Below are positions 19,045 to 27,763 of a stretch of DNA of 64,000 nucleotides, in pieces. How positions within the stretch are numbered: the first letter of the stretch is position 1; every line of letters starts with the position of its first letter. Both the position numbers and the translations under genes were made by a program. The notes below the pieces were generated by a model, which did no database searches, had not been told where the DNA came from, and saw nothing but the letters and a program-made list of their open reading frames with translations. The DNA is from an uncultured Bacteroides sp. (GTDB lineage: Bacteria > Bacteroidota > Bacteroidia > Bacteroidales > Muribaculaceae). The stretch lies in NCBI GenBank assembly GCA_964416545.1, contig CAYQEN010000003.1, forward strand, positions 19,166 to 83,165. Direction: 5' to 3'.

Positions 19045-20152
19045 GTACGACTATCTCATAGTCGGAGCTGGTCTCTTCGGAGCCGTATTTGCACACGAAG
19101 CAAAAGCCGCTGGCAAACGATGCTTGGTTATCGACAAGCGCTCCACCACCGGAGGCAATATCTACTGCGAAAATATCGATGGTATAAACGTACACAAATA
19201 CGGAGCTCATATATTCCACACCGACAATCGCAAAGTATGGGAATACGTAAACAAGCTGGTCGAATTCAACCGCTATACAAACTCTCCGCTGGCAAATTTT
19301 GAAGGGAAGTTATATAATCTTCCATTCAATATGAACACGTTTTACCAGCTGTGGGGCGTACATACTCCAAACGAAGCTAAAGCCATCATATCTGAGCAAT
19401 GCCGTAAATATGACCATATTTCAGTCCCCAACAACCTCGAAGAGCAAGCACTGAAACTATGTGGTGACGACATTTACCGCCGATTTATAAAAGGCTACAC
19501 TGAAAAACAGTGGGGTCGCTCCGCCACCGAACTTCCGGCATTCATTATCAAGCGGATTCCGTTTCGATTTACCTTCGACAACAACTACTTCAACGACCCC
19601 TATCAAGGCATTCCGATTGGGGGCTACAACCGCCTGATTGACGCTCTATTGAGTGGCATTGAAGTACGCACCGACACAAATTTCTCCACAAACCGCTACG
19701 AACTGGAACAAATTGCCGACCAAATCATCTTCACCGGCTGTATCGACGAATACTTCGACTACCGTTTCGGTCGACTGGAATACCGTAGCCTGCATTTCGA
19801 GCACAAACGCCTCAACGACACCGATAATTTTCAGGGCAACGCTGTGGTAAATTACTGTGAACGCCACATCCCTTACACACGCGTCATCGAGCACAAGCAC
19901 TTTGAGTATGGCACTCAGCCTTTTACCATCATCACATACGAACACCCCGACAGCTTCTGCCCGGGCAAAGAGCCATACTACCCTGTCAACGATGAGCACA
20001 ACAACAACATTTTCAGGCAATACAACGATTTGGCTTCTCAGTCCGAAAAGGTCTACTTTGGCGGAAGGCTCGCACAATACACCTACGCCGATATGGACGA
20101 CACCATCGCCGCCGCCCTATCCCTTGCCGACTCACTGCTGTGTCGGCTCTGA
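19028..20152 (+). CDS. glf: UDP-galactopyranose mutase
   Basis: YDYLIVGAGLFGAVFA FAD-binding fold, GGNIY...HKYGAHIFHT, about 370 aa. Confidence 0.95.
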   Translation: MNNKSKYDYLIVGAGLFGAVFAHEAKAAGKRCLVIDKRSTTGGNIYCENIDGINVHKYGAHIFHTDNRKVWEYVNKLVEFNRYTNSPLANFEGKLYNLPFNMNTFYQLWGVHTPNEAKAIISEQCRKYDHISVPNNLEEQALKLCGDDIYRRFIKGYTEKQWGRSATELPAFIIKRIPFRFTFDNNYFNDPYQGIPIGGYNRLIDALLSGIEVRTDTNFSTNRYELEQIADQIIFTGCIDEYFDYRFGRLEYRSLHFEHKRLNDTDNFQGNAVVNYCERHIPYTRVIEHKHFEYGTQPFTIITYEHPDSFCPGKEPYYPVNDEHNNNIFRQYNDLASQSEKVYFGGRLAQYTYADMDDTIAAALSLADSLLCRL

Positions 20153-20170
20153 CAGCACATACATTATACA

Positions 20171-20209
20171 AAAAAACACAGCCCTCGGATTGAAGAATCC
20201 GAGGGCTGT
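20171..20209 (-). terminator. rho-independent terminator between the convergent glf and M28 peptidase genes
   Basis: A perfect 14-bp stem acagccctcggatt/aatccgagggctgt with loop GAAG. A6 on the plus side gives a T-run for the minus-strand transcript. Confidence 0.65.
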
Positions 20210-20230
20210 ATACTTATGATTTATTTCATC

Positions 20231-21268
20231 TCAATAGCTCTTCTCATTGGCAAGATTCCATAGATTCAGATACGCCGCACGCGTTATCTCCACTATCTTA
20301 TCCCAATTTATCTTGTCTACATGATCCGACGGCATATGATAATCCGGATGTCCATCGGTATGATACCAGATTATAGGTATATCGCGCTTGGCAAACGAAC
20401 CATTGTCGCCGCCACCTATCGGACGATCCCATGCTCGATAATCGGGTTGTAGGCGCAAGCCATAAGTTGCTATATCTGCGCGAAGCCACTTTTCAAAGTC
20501 GGGATGCGCGGCCGTGTAGAAATACACCACATGTTGCGGTTTCGACTCATCATTATTTCTACCTATCATGTCGAAATTCAAATAGCCTACCACCTTCTCG
20601 CTCACAGGATCGGCAAGCATGAAATACTCCGAGCCGAGCAAGCCCTTCTCTTCGCCGTCCCAAAAAGCAAATATGATTGTTCGCTCTGGCTGAACACCCG
20701 ATGCCAAAAATGCTCGTGCTATCTGAAGCACGGCCTGCACGCCCGATGCATTATCGTCAGCGCCGTTATATATTTTGTCGCCGTCAAGCATAGGGTCAAA
20801 GCCGATGTGGTCGTAATGCGCTCCGATTACCACATACTCATCGCTACGCTTTCCCTCGATTCGAGCCAACACATTGCGCATCGGCCAGCGCTGATGCACT
20901 TCCTTTTTGAGCTGCGCTATCGAGTCGGGATGCACCTGCAAGCGTCCGCGCTTCTGACGCTCCTTGCGATATGCCTCAAACGACTGAAAATAAGTATCTC
21001 CGCCATTCCACGGCTCCAGTCCGAGTTGGCGAAGCTGACTCTCCAAATATCGGGCGGCCACCTGACTGCCTCTACAGCCGGCCTCGCGACCCTCAAGTTC
21101 GTCGCTGGCAAGAAATCCTATATGTGCCTCAGCCGAACGGCGGTCTATCGTTGCCATTCCGCGTTCACGCGCCAAGCGCACCTCCTTTTCCGCTTTCGTC
21201 TCCTTTGCCGCCGCAGTCATAGCCACTGCAGCAACTATCAATAATGCTAATATCTTTTTCATAAACAT
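20231..21268 (-). CDS. M28-family aminopeptidase, secreted
   Basis: Signal peptide MFMKKILALLIVAAVAMTAAA. Zinc-ligand context IGAHYDHIG, GADDNASG, FAFWDGEEKGLLGS. Confidence 0.85.
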   Translation of the reverse strand: MFMKKILALLIVAAVAMTAAAKETKAEKEVRLARERGMATIDRRSAEAHIGFLASDELEGREAGCRGSQVAARYLESQLRQLGLEPWNGGDTYFQSFEAYRKERQKRGRLQVHPDSIAQLKKEVHQRWPMRNVLARIEGKRSDEYVVIGAHYDHIGFDPMLDGDKIYNGADDNASGVQAVLQIARAFLASGVQPERTIIFAFWDGEEKGLLGSEYFMLADPVSEKVVGYLNFDMIGRNNDESKPQHVVYFYTAAHPDFEKWLRADIATYGLRLQPDYRAWDRPIGGGDNGSFAKRDIPIIWYHTDGHPDYHMPSDHVDKINWDKIVEITRAAYLNLWNLANEKSY

Positions 21269-21281
21269 CGTATTACGTATG

Positions 21282-21289
21282 CAAATATA
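21282..21289 (-). promoter_or_regulatory. candidate -7 box (TATATTTG) for the M28 peptidase gene
   Basis: A perfect TAnnTTTG lies about 14 nt upstream of the ATG at 21268. Confidence 0.4.
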
Positions 21290-21331
21290 CGGCTTTTTCA
21301 TCACCACTTTCCATATCTTCTGGATTTTTCA

Positions 21332-21339
21332 TAAATTTG
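21332..21339 (+). promoter_or_regulatory. candidate -7 box (TAAATTTG) for the wzx operon; implies a leaderless or near-leaderless mRNA
   Basis: A perfect TAnnTTTG ends 6 nt before the ATG at 21346. Confidence 0.45.
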
Positions 21340-21345
21340 TCTTTT

Positions 21346-22632
21346 ATGAGTCTGACGAGCAAAGCACTTGGTCACAATGTGGTAAAACGAATCATTGTTG
21401 GTTCTTTTTGGTCACTTTTCGGCACTGCCACCGGCAAATTCTTCATCCTTTTGTCCGGCATCGTATGCGCCCGCATTCTCGGCAGCATCCCATATGGGCA
21501 ACTCGGACTCATTCGCTCCACCATTGCCATGCTTATCGTCGTCGGCTCTGCCGGATTCGGAGTCACGGCAAGCAAGTACATCGCAGAATTTCGTGCCTCT
21601 GCCAAGCTCGATGAGATTTGCGCCATCGCAGCAGTTACTCGACTGTCAGCCATCGTTTTCGGAGCCTTCATATCTGCCTTGGCGATTTGTTTTTCATCTC
21701 CGATAGCATCCGCAATGCTCCAAGCGCCCGAACTTGCTTTCGACCTCCGATGTGGTGCGCTTTTGCTATTCTTCTCCATCTACAATGCGAGCCAAGACGG
21801 CATTCTCGCCGGCTTCGAAAACTTCAAAGCCATCGGTCTCAATACGCTCTACACCGGTATTGCCGAGTTTGTCCTCATCGTTGCCGGAGCTTACTATGGG
21901 GGCGTCGCTGGTGCTATATGCGGCTACGGGCTGAGCATTCTGATGCTCACCATTCTCAACAATCGCTCCATTCGCACTACGTTACGCAATTCCGGCATCC
22001 CCACTGCCACTGCTAAAATCAAGCGTCGTCACATACGCCTTCTTTGGACGTTCTCTCTCCCGGCGGCTCTCTGCTCTATAATAGTTGTCGCCACTTTCTG
22101 GTTGCTGAAAACGATGCTCGTTCGCCACTGCGGTTTCGCGCAACTCGGCATTTACGAAGCTGCCGACCAGTGGAAAGTGATTATGCTCTACATCCCTTCG
22201 GCATTAAGTTCCATACTCCTCCCCATCCTTTCGAGCCACATCGGTAGCGGTGCCGACACCCGACGACTGCTACGCTGCAACATGGCCATCAACATCATTA
22301 TCGCCATTCTGATTGCCACACCTATTATTCTGTTTAGCAGTCGCATAATGGCAATCTACGGCGAAGAATTCGAAAATTCTCTCCCCCTCATCATCCTCGC
22401 CGCCTCAACGGTGTTCACAACAGCAGCCCTTGTCACCACCACAGCCCTCACGTCGATGGCGAGAGTGTGGCTGAGCCTCTGTTTCCAAGTTGTTTGGAGT
22501 GCTACGCTTCTAATATCGGCACACCTGCTTTTCTCCCGAGGGCTTGGTGCCGAAGCCGCCGCATTGGCCATTCTTATCAGTTACTTCGTTCTGGCTGTGA
22601 GTCAGATGTTTGTCATGAAAAAATCCCGATAA
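21346..22632 (+). CDS. wzx: oligosaccharide flippase (Wzx, MOP superfamily)
   Basis: About 428 aa, polytopic, with an N-terminus typical of polysaccharide biosynthesis/flippase proteins. The first ATG is at 21346; the ORF track starts at a TTG at 21337. Confidence 0.8.
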   Translation: MSLTSKALGHNVVKRIIVGSFWSLFGTATGKFFILLSGIVCARILGSIPYGQLGLIRSTIAMLIVVGSAGFGVTASKYIAEFRASAKLDEICAIAAVTRLSAIVFGAFISALAICFSSPIASAMLQAPELAFDLRCGALLLFFSIYNASQDGILAGFENFKAIGLNTLYTGIAEFVLIVAGAYYGGVAGAICGYGLSILMLTILNNRSIRTTLRNSGIPTATAKIKRRHIRLLWTFSLPAALCSIIVVATFWLLKTMLVRHCGFAQLGIYEAADQWKVIMLYIPSALSSILLPILSSHIGSGADTRRLLRCNMAINIIIAILIATPIILFSSRIMAIYGEEFENSLPLIILAASTVFTTAALVTTTALTSMARVWLSLCFQVVWSATLLISAHLLFSRGLGAEAAALAILISYFVLAVSQMFVMKKSR

Positions 22633-22637
22633 TTACA

Positions 22638-23750
22638 ATGACAGGCTCGACTCTCAACCGACATACATGGCTATTCCTTCTCGCATTGTCGATGCTCACA
22701 TTTTGGGGGCACGATGCCATTTCCTACGGTCTGCTTCTGCTTGCTGTCATTGCGCGGGGATCGTTCCGCGAGTTCGGGCGCACTATGGTCAACAGCTCTG
22801 CCATTTTCTGTTTCATTGCTTTCATCATCATCTACGGCTTTTGGAAAATGGCGGTCGGCGACATTCCGCGACTACGTGCCATACTCGTATGGGGACAGTT
22901 TACCGTCCTCACCGTTCTTATGGCTTTCGTCAAAAACAAGTCTGAAATGCTGCAATCCACGGGCTTGCTCATGACCATCATGTTCATTCTCGATTTCGCC
23001 ACAAACGTTCTGCTCATTTGCGGATTCGACATCCCGTGGTCAGAGGTTCCGCCGGTTCGAGATGGAGAAACTTATGCCCGACTTGGCGGTTTTTTCAACA
23101 ATCATCTTTACTCCGGTTCTATCACCACATACTTCATTTTCTACTATCTCAGCGTCGAGCGCAAGCGGCGTTCCGTTCCTTTCAAACTTCTGTTTCTCTT
23201 CTCTTTCATCAATCTTATTTTTATTGGCTCCTATCGATTTTATTCCATTCTTATACTCGTCGCGTTCATCAAGTTTTTCCCTTCGTGGCGACGTGGCGAC
23301 CGCCTATGCGCGTCAATACTGATATTCAGCGCATTAATGACTTTCTCCACCCTCGCCACTCCATGGCTTGGTTCAAACGATTGGCGTATCACCATCTGGG
23401 TCAAGTCGTTTGTCTCGATGATCGACAATCCTCTTGGCCAAGGCATACAAAGTCCCGAAATTGAATTGATTCGTCGATGGGACGCTCAAGGCTTGTTCGA
23501 TGCCGGAATCACCGAATCGGGAATGCTTCTGTGTGGCATTTCATTTGGCATCATCGGGGTTTTGTGGCTCCTATGGGTCTACATATCAGCCTTCCGCTCC
23601 ACTAAGCGCGACACCCCTCAACTCGCTATTTACTGCCTGTTCTACACTTTCTACTCCCTCTGCTTCTCCAGTTTTTTGGAAAATCCGCTCGACATCGTAA
23701 TCAATGCGCTCGCCATATACCTCATTTCCAACCGACGACATGAATCCTAA
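22638..23750 (+). CDS. O-antigen polymerase/ligase-like membrane protein (Wzy_C-type domain)
   Basis: About 370 aa, polytopic. The loop motif ARLGGFFNNHLYSG resembles the Wzy_C R-x-G-x(3-4)-N signature. I chose the ATG at 22638, 5 nt after the wzx stop. Confidence 0.55.
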   Translation: MTGSTLNRHTWLFLLALSMLTFWGHDAISYGLLLLAVIARGSFREFGRTMVNSSAIFCFIAFIIIYGFWKMAVGDIPRLRAILVWGQFTVLTVLMAFVKNKSEMLQSTGLLMTIMFILDFATNVLLICGFDIPWSEVPPVRDGETYARLGGFFNNHLYSGSITTYFIFYYLSVERKRRSVPFKLLFLFSFINLIFIGSYRFYSILILVAFIKFFPSWRRGDRLCASILIFSALMTFSTLATPWLGSNDWRITIWVKSFVSMIDNPLGQGIQSPEIELIRRWDAQGLFDAGITESGMLLCGISFGIIGVLWLLWVYISAFRSTKRDTPQLAIYCLFYTFYSLCFSSFLENPLDIVINALAIYLISNRRHES

Positions 23751-25371
23751 GTTCAGCATCATAATTCCGGCATTCGGCACTCTTCCGCTGTTCAGCAAGG
23801 CTATCGGCTCCGTGCTGAGTCAAAGTGTCTGCGACTATGAAATCATTGTCACCGATGATTCCTCCGACGATTCTGTCGAGAGCTACGTCACCTCTCTGGA
23901 CGACAATCGCATCATATATCGCCACAATAGCCCTCGCCTCGGAGCTGTTCGCAATTGGAATGCCGGCCTGCTGATGGCTCGTGGCGAATACGTCATCCTT
24001 CTTCACCACGACGAAGAGCTGCACAACGATAATTTCCTCGAAAACATAGCCAATACCGATGCCGACATTGCCATTTCCGACATCAGAATTGAGACGGGGG
24101 GAGTGATTCGCCGGCCAAAGGTGGACAATCAACTGAAACAATGGCTATTGTGCTCCAAGAGCACACAATTGTTGGTCAACAGCATCGGCCCTTGCGCATG
24201 CATTGCGATAAAACGACAGTTCATCGTGCAATTCGATGAGCGTTTGTCCTGGCTCGTCGATTCCGAATGGTACTACCGCCTTCTATCCTCCTCGAAAAAA
24301 CGTGTTTTCATCCCCGAAAATATCATTCTCTCCCACCACGGTCACAAGTCTCAGATTTCGTCGACCATCAACATCGGGATGGCCGCATGCGCCGACCACG
24401 CCGTACTTTATTCGAAATACAGCAACCCTCTCCACCGTCTGTACCTGAAACTCCGACAGATTCATACCGCACAAAAACTCAAAAGACCATCAAAGGTGGT
24501 AAAAATCATCGGCGGTCTCGGCAACCAAATGTTCCAATACGCCCTGTTCTACGAACTCCGACAGCGCTTCCCCAACGAAGAATTATATACCGACACGTCT
24601 TTCTTCCGCACTCTCAAGCGCCACAACGGTCTTGAAATCGACCGCGTTTTCGGAGTCGCCCTACGACAAGCGCCACTTTCGCTACGCTTACAACTGACGC
24701 GCCCCACAGGCTCTTACCACCTCTCTCGCTTGCTTGCCGTCGCTCTCCCTCCCCGTCGCACAGAGTGCATCGAAGACGCCAAACACTCTTTTCCGGAAGC
24801 CACTTTCTCTCCGGGCTCGCGCTACTACGACGGCTACTGGCAAAGCCACGTCTTTTTCCCCGAAAATCAAGACAAGATACGCGCTCTATTCAAATTCCGT
24901 CTGCCGCTCGACCCAAAAAGTCAGCATCTGCTTGATTATCTGAATAATAACCCCTCCGCGACATCCCTCCACATTCGCCGAGGCGATTACCTTACAAGCC
25001 GAACCCATCGCGGCATATGCACTCTCGACTACTATCGGCGTGCTATACAGCTAATTACACAACGCATCAGCTCTCCGACGTTCGTCATTTTCTCCGACGA
25101 CCCCGCCTGGTGCCGCGACAATATTCTGCCTCTGCTCGACGGTCACGACTACAAGCTTGTCGACTGGAACGGCGGGCTTTCAAGTGCCAATGATATGCGA
25201 CTAATGGCCGCTTGCCGACACAATATTATAGCCAATAGCTCGTTTTCATGGTGGGGCGCGTTTCTTAACACCAATCCCGACAAAATAGTTTGTGCCCCGG
25301 CAAAATGGCTTAACGACGAAACTCACTACCCATTCCAAATGCCTGAATGGGTGCTGATTTCAACCGACTGA
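23740..25371 (+). CDS. bifunctional glycosyltransferase: N-terminal GT2 fused to C-terminal GT11 (alpha-1,2-fucosyltransferase-like)
   Basis: The GT2 part has FSIIIPAFG...DYEIIVTDDSS...ILLHHDEE. From about residue 260 it has the GT11 hallmarks KIIGGLGNQMFQYALF, HIRRGDYL and NSSFSWWGAFLN. Confidence 0.8.
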   Translation: MNPKFSIIIPAFGTLPLFSKAIGSVLSQSVCDYEIIVTDDSSDDSVESYVTSLDDNRIIYRHNSPRLGAVRNWNAGLLMARGEYVILLHHDEELHNDNFLENIANTDADIAISDIRIETGGVIRRPKVDNQLKQWLLCSKSTQLLVNSIGPCACIAIKRQFIVQFDERLSWLVDSEWYYRLLSSSKKRVFIPENIILSHHGHKSQISSTINIGMAACADHAVLYSKYSNPLHRLYLKLRQIHTAQKLKRPSKVVKIIGGLGNQMFQYALFYELRQRFPNEELYTDTSFFRTLKRHNGLEIDRVFGVALRQAPLSLRLQLTRPTGSYHLSRLLAVALPPRRTECIEDAKHSFPEATFSPGSRYYDGYWQSHVFFPENQDKIRALFKFRLPLDPKSQHLLDYLNNNPSATSLHIRRGDYLTSRTHRGICTLDYYRRAIQLITQRISSPTFVIFSDDPAWCRDNILPLLDGHDYKLVDWNGGLSSANDMRLMAACRHNIIANSSFSWWGAFLNTNPDKIVCAPAKWLNDETHYPFQMPEWVLISTD

Positions 25372-25438
25372 TGCTTGCTGGCTTGCAAATATCACTTATT
25401 CTTCCGAATTTTGACCCTCGATTGACCCTGAAAATATC

Positions 25439-26278
25439 ATGTTAAAAGACTCCGCCACTGCCCAACTATCGGTTTTGATGTCGGTATATGCCGGCAACAG
25501 ACCTGAGCATCTATGCCAAAGCCTTGACAGCGTTTTCGGCCAAAGCATCAAAGCTCAAGAAGTAATTTTGGTGGAAGACGGCTTATTAAATCCCCAATTA
25601 TACGATGTAATAGCTCGTTTCTGCGCGCAACATCCGGAACTGAAAATCATCAAGCTGAAAGAAAACGTAGGGCTCGGACGTGCACTCAACGAAGGTTTGA
25701 AGCACTGCAACAATGAGCTGGTGGCACGCATGGATGCCGACGATATTTGCTTCCCCGACCGATTTGAAAAGCAACTCAAAGTTTTTGCCGACCATCCCGA
25801 AGTCGCGGTCGTAAGTGGCTGGGTCTCAGAATTTAAAGCCTCTCCCGCCACCCCCACCTCAATTCGCTATCTCCCTGAAAATCACGATGATATCTACAAT
25901 TACGGACGTCTGCGATGCCCCGTCAACCATCCGGCAGCCGTATACCGCAAGAGTGCCGTAATTCGCGTCGGGGGATACCCGCCGAAAACTCTTTTTGAAG
26001 ATTACATGCTTTGGGTAAAGCTGCTTATCAATGGCGAGCGGTTCTACAATGTGCAAGAACCGGTACTTCATTTTCGCGCCGGCATTGATATGTACCGCCG
26101 TCGGGGTGGTTTCAGCTACGCAGTCGAGGAATTTCAGTTTCAGCTTGATATTCACCGACTTGGCTACATTTCCCTCCCCCGCACAATAACAAACATAGCC
26201 ATTCGATTCACCACGCGCATCATTCCCGTCCGACTTCGCGCCTCTATTTACCACCGCTTCCTGCGACGCAAGGACTGA
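25439..26278 (+). CDS. glycosyltransferase family 2 (AmsE-like)
   Basis: LSVLMSVYAGNRPEHLCQSLDSVFGQSIKAQEVILVEDG ... ARMDADDI. Confidence 0.85.
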   Translation: MLKDSATAQLSVLMSVYAGNRPEHLCQSLDSVFGQSIKAQEVILVEDGLLNPQLYDVIARFCAQHPELKIIKLKENVGLGRALNEGLKHCNNELVARMDADDICFPDRFEKQLKVFADHPEVAVVSGWVSEFKASPATPTSIRYLPENHDDIYNYGRLRCPVNHPAAVYRKSAVIRVGGYPPKTLFEDYMLWVKLLINGERFYNVQEPVLHFRAGIDMYRRRGGFSYAVEEFQFQLDIHRLGYISLPRTITNIAIRFTTRIIPVRLRASIYHRFLRRKD

Positions 26279-26993
26279 GTCGCTTCAGCGTCCGCTCTAC
26301 GTATGGTGTTGGCTTGATTTCATATGCACGGCTCAGATACTCCACAGACTGCGCCTCATTACCTTTCATTGCGTAATAATTACCCAGATAAAGCAGTGCA
26401 TCATAAGCCATAGGATTGTTATCAACTATAGCTTTATAAGTGGCCACAGCATCTTCCACATCCCCGCAAATCACTTGTCCGCGAGCCAGCTTATACATAA
26501 ATCCCTCATTGCCGGGCAGACCGTCGAGCATTATCTTGCTTAGCCGTACTATTCCCGGGCCGTCATCGCGAAACAGATAATAATCAAGCAAATAAGCATC
26601 AACCGTGCGCGTAAGCCACGGTTCCCCCTCTTTCGTTGCTATCAAAAATTTTTCATATAGCGGAGCATTGCCGGCCTCAAACGCCGCCACCCGCGTAGCG
26701 CCAAACACAGAATCTATCGGCAGATGTGCTTCAAGAGCCTGTCGTACAAGCATATTCTGCTCGCCGCCGGCATCTCGCATTCCGGCAGAAACAATAGCAT
26801 GGCCAAACACATCCGGACTCACGCGCTGTCCGTCGATTAGCAACGAATACATGGCCGATGCACTCGCCCACTCCCTATGCTCAAAAAAGCGCGATGCCTT
26901 AACCGCAATTTCGTCATACGACGTTTCGGCCTGCGCCACTTCAGTCGCCATGCCGGACACTGCCAGCATCACAAAAAGTATCTTCCTCAGCAT
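26244..26993 (-). CDS. secreted TPR-like repeat protein, unknown function
   Basis: Signal peptide MLRKILFVMLAVSGMATEVAQA. The C-terminal TPR-like segments are AVATYKAIVDNNPMAYDALLYLGNYYAMKGNEAQSVEYLSRAYEIKP. Confidence 0.55.
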   Translation of the reverse strand: MLRKILFVMLAVSGMATEVAQAETSYDEIAVKASRFFEHREWASASAMYSLLIDGQRVSPDVFGHAIVSAGMRDAGGEQNMLVRQALEAHLPIDSVFGATRVAAFEAGNAPLYEKFLIATKEGEPWLTRTVDAYLLDYYLFRDDGPGIVRLSKIMLDGLPGNEGFMYKLARGQVICGDVEDAVATYKAIVDNNPMAYDALLYLGNYYAMKGNEAQSVEYLSRAYEIKPTPYVERTLKRLSPCVAGSGGK

Positions 26994-27688
26994 CTTATAT
27001 TTATATTCATAATGGCTTCAACAAGAAACAGCTTCAATATATCATGCTTGCTGATATCTATGTCGTCATACGCCGGATTGGCACTCCGAAGCACTACCTT
27101 TGTTTCGTCCTCCGGATTTCGGCGAAGATACTTCACCATTCGATAGTCCTCCAACACTACAACATATATCTGCCCCCAAAAGATGCACGAATCGGGCGAT
27201 ATGGGACGAATCGCTATATACGCTCCGTCGGTTATCACAGGCGACATACTGTCTCCGCTCACCTTTACTACCACACAGTCAGGACTGATACGCGGTAGCG
27301 ACAGCGCTCCAACGGCCTGCTCCGATGCAAAAAGATGGCTCAGCTCGGCGTTTCCGGCCGTCACATCAATATCATACACCGGTGCTGACACGCCCGTATA
27401 ACATGCCGTCGGCACATTCTCTATCACATGGCGAGGCTTGGCATACGGCGACTCCGACCCATCGACAAGCCACTGTTTCGACACTCCCATATCCACAGCT
27501 ATACGGTTTAGCAAACCCTCAGTCACTGGTAGGTGTCCATTCAGATGCTTCGACAGGTTTGCCGGATCCATTCCCAATCGTTTACTGAATTCAGATTGTG
27601 TAAGGCGCGATTGTTTTATCAGATAGCGAATGCGATCTGCTGCCGAAACCTGCGTCAGGTCAGTGTGTTTGTCCATTTTGGTAAGCAT
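26987..27688 (-). CDS. XRE-family HTH repressor with a C-terminal S24 (LexA/CI-like) self-cleaving peptidase domain
   Basis: The HTH is LTQSEFSKRLGMDPANLSKHLNG. The putative Ala-Gly cleavage site is DVTAGNAE. The catalytic Ser is in VSGDSMSP and the Lys in RMVKYLRR. Confidence 0.8.
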   Translation of the reverse strand: MLTKMDKHTDLTQVSAADRIRYLIKQSRLTQSEFSKRLGMDPANLSKHLNGHLPVTEGLLNRIAVDMGVSKQWLVDGSESPYAKPRHVIENVPTACYTGVSAPVYDIDVTAGNAELSHLFASEQAVGALSLPRISPDCVVVKVSGDSMSPVITDGAYIAIRPISPDSCIFWGQIYVVVLEDYRMVKYLRRNPEDETKVVLRSANPAYDDIDISKHDILKLFLVEAIMNINIRC

Positions 27689-27697
27689 AATAATGTG

Positions 27698-27718
27698 TTT
27701 GCAACAAAGTTATGCAAA
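27698..27718 (-). promoter_or_regulatory. promoter with a bracketing inverted repeat (candidate operator) for the S24 repressor gene
   Basis: The minus strand reads TTTGCA-TAACTTTGT-TGCAAA. The 6-bp arms flank a perfect -7 box (TAACTTTG, 27705-27712). A -33-like TTTG sits at 27733-27736. Confidence 0.4.
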
Positions 27719-27763
27719 TCTTGTCTTCTCGCCAAACGCATTTGGTGTTTTTACAACCAACGC

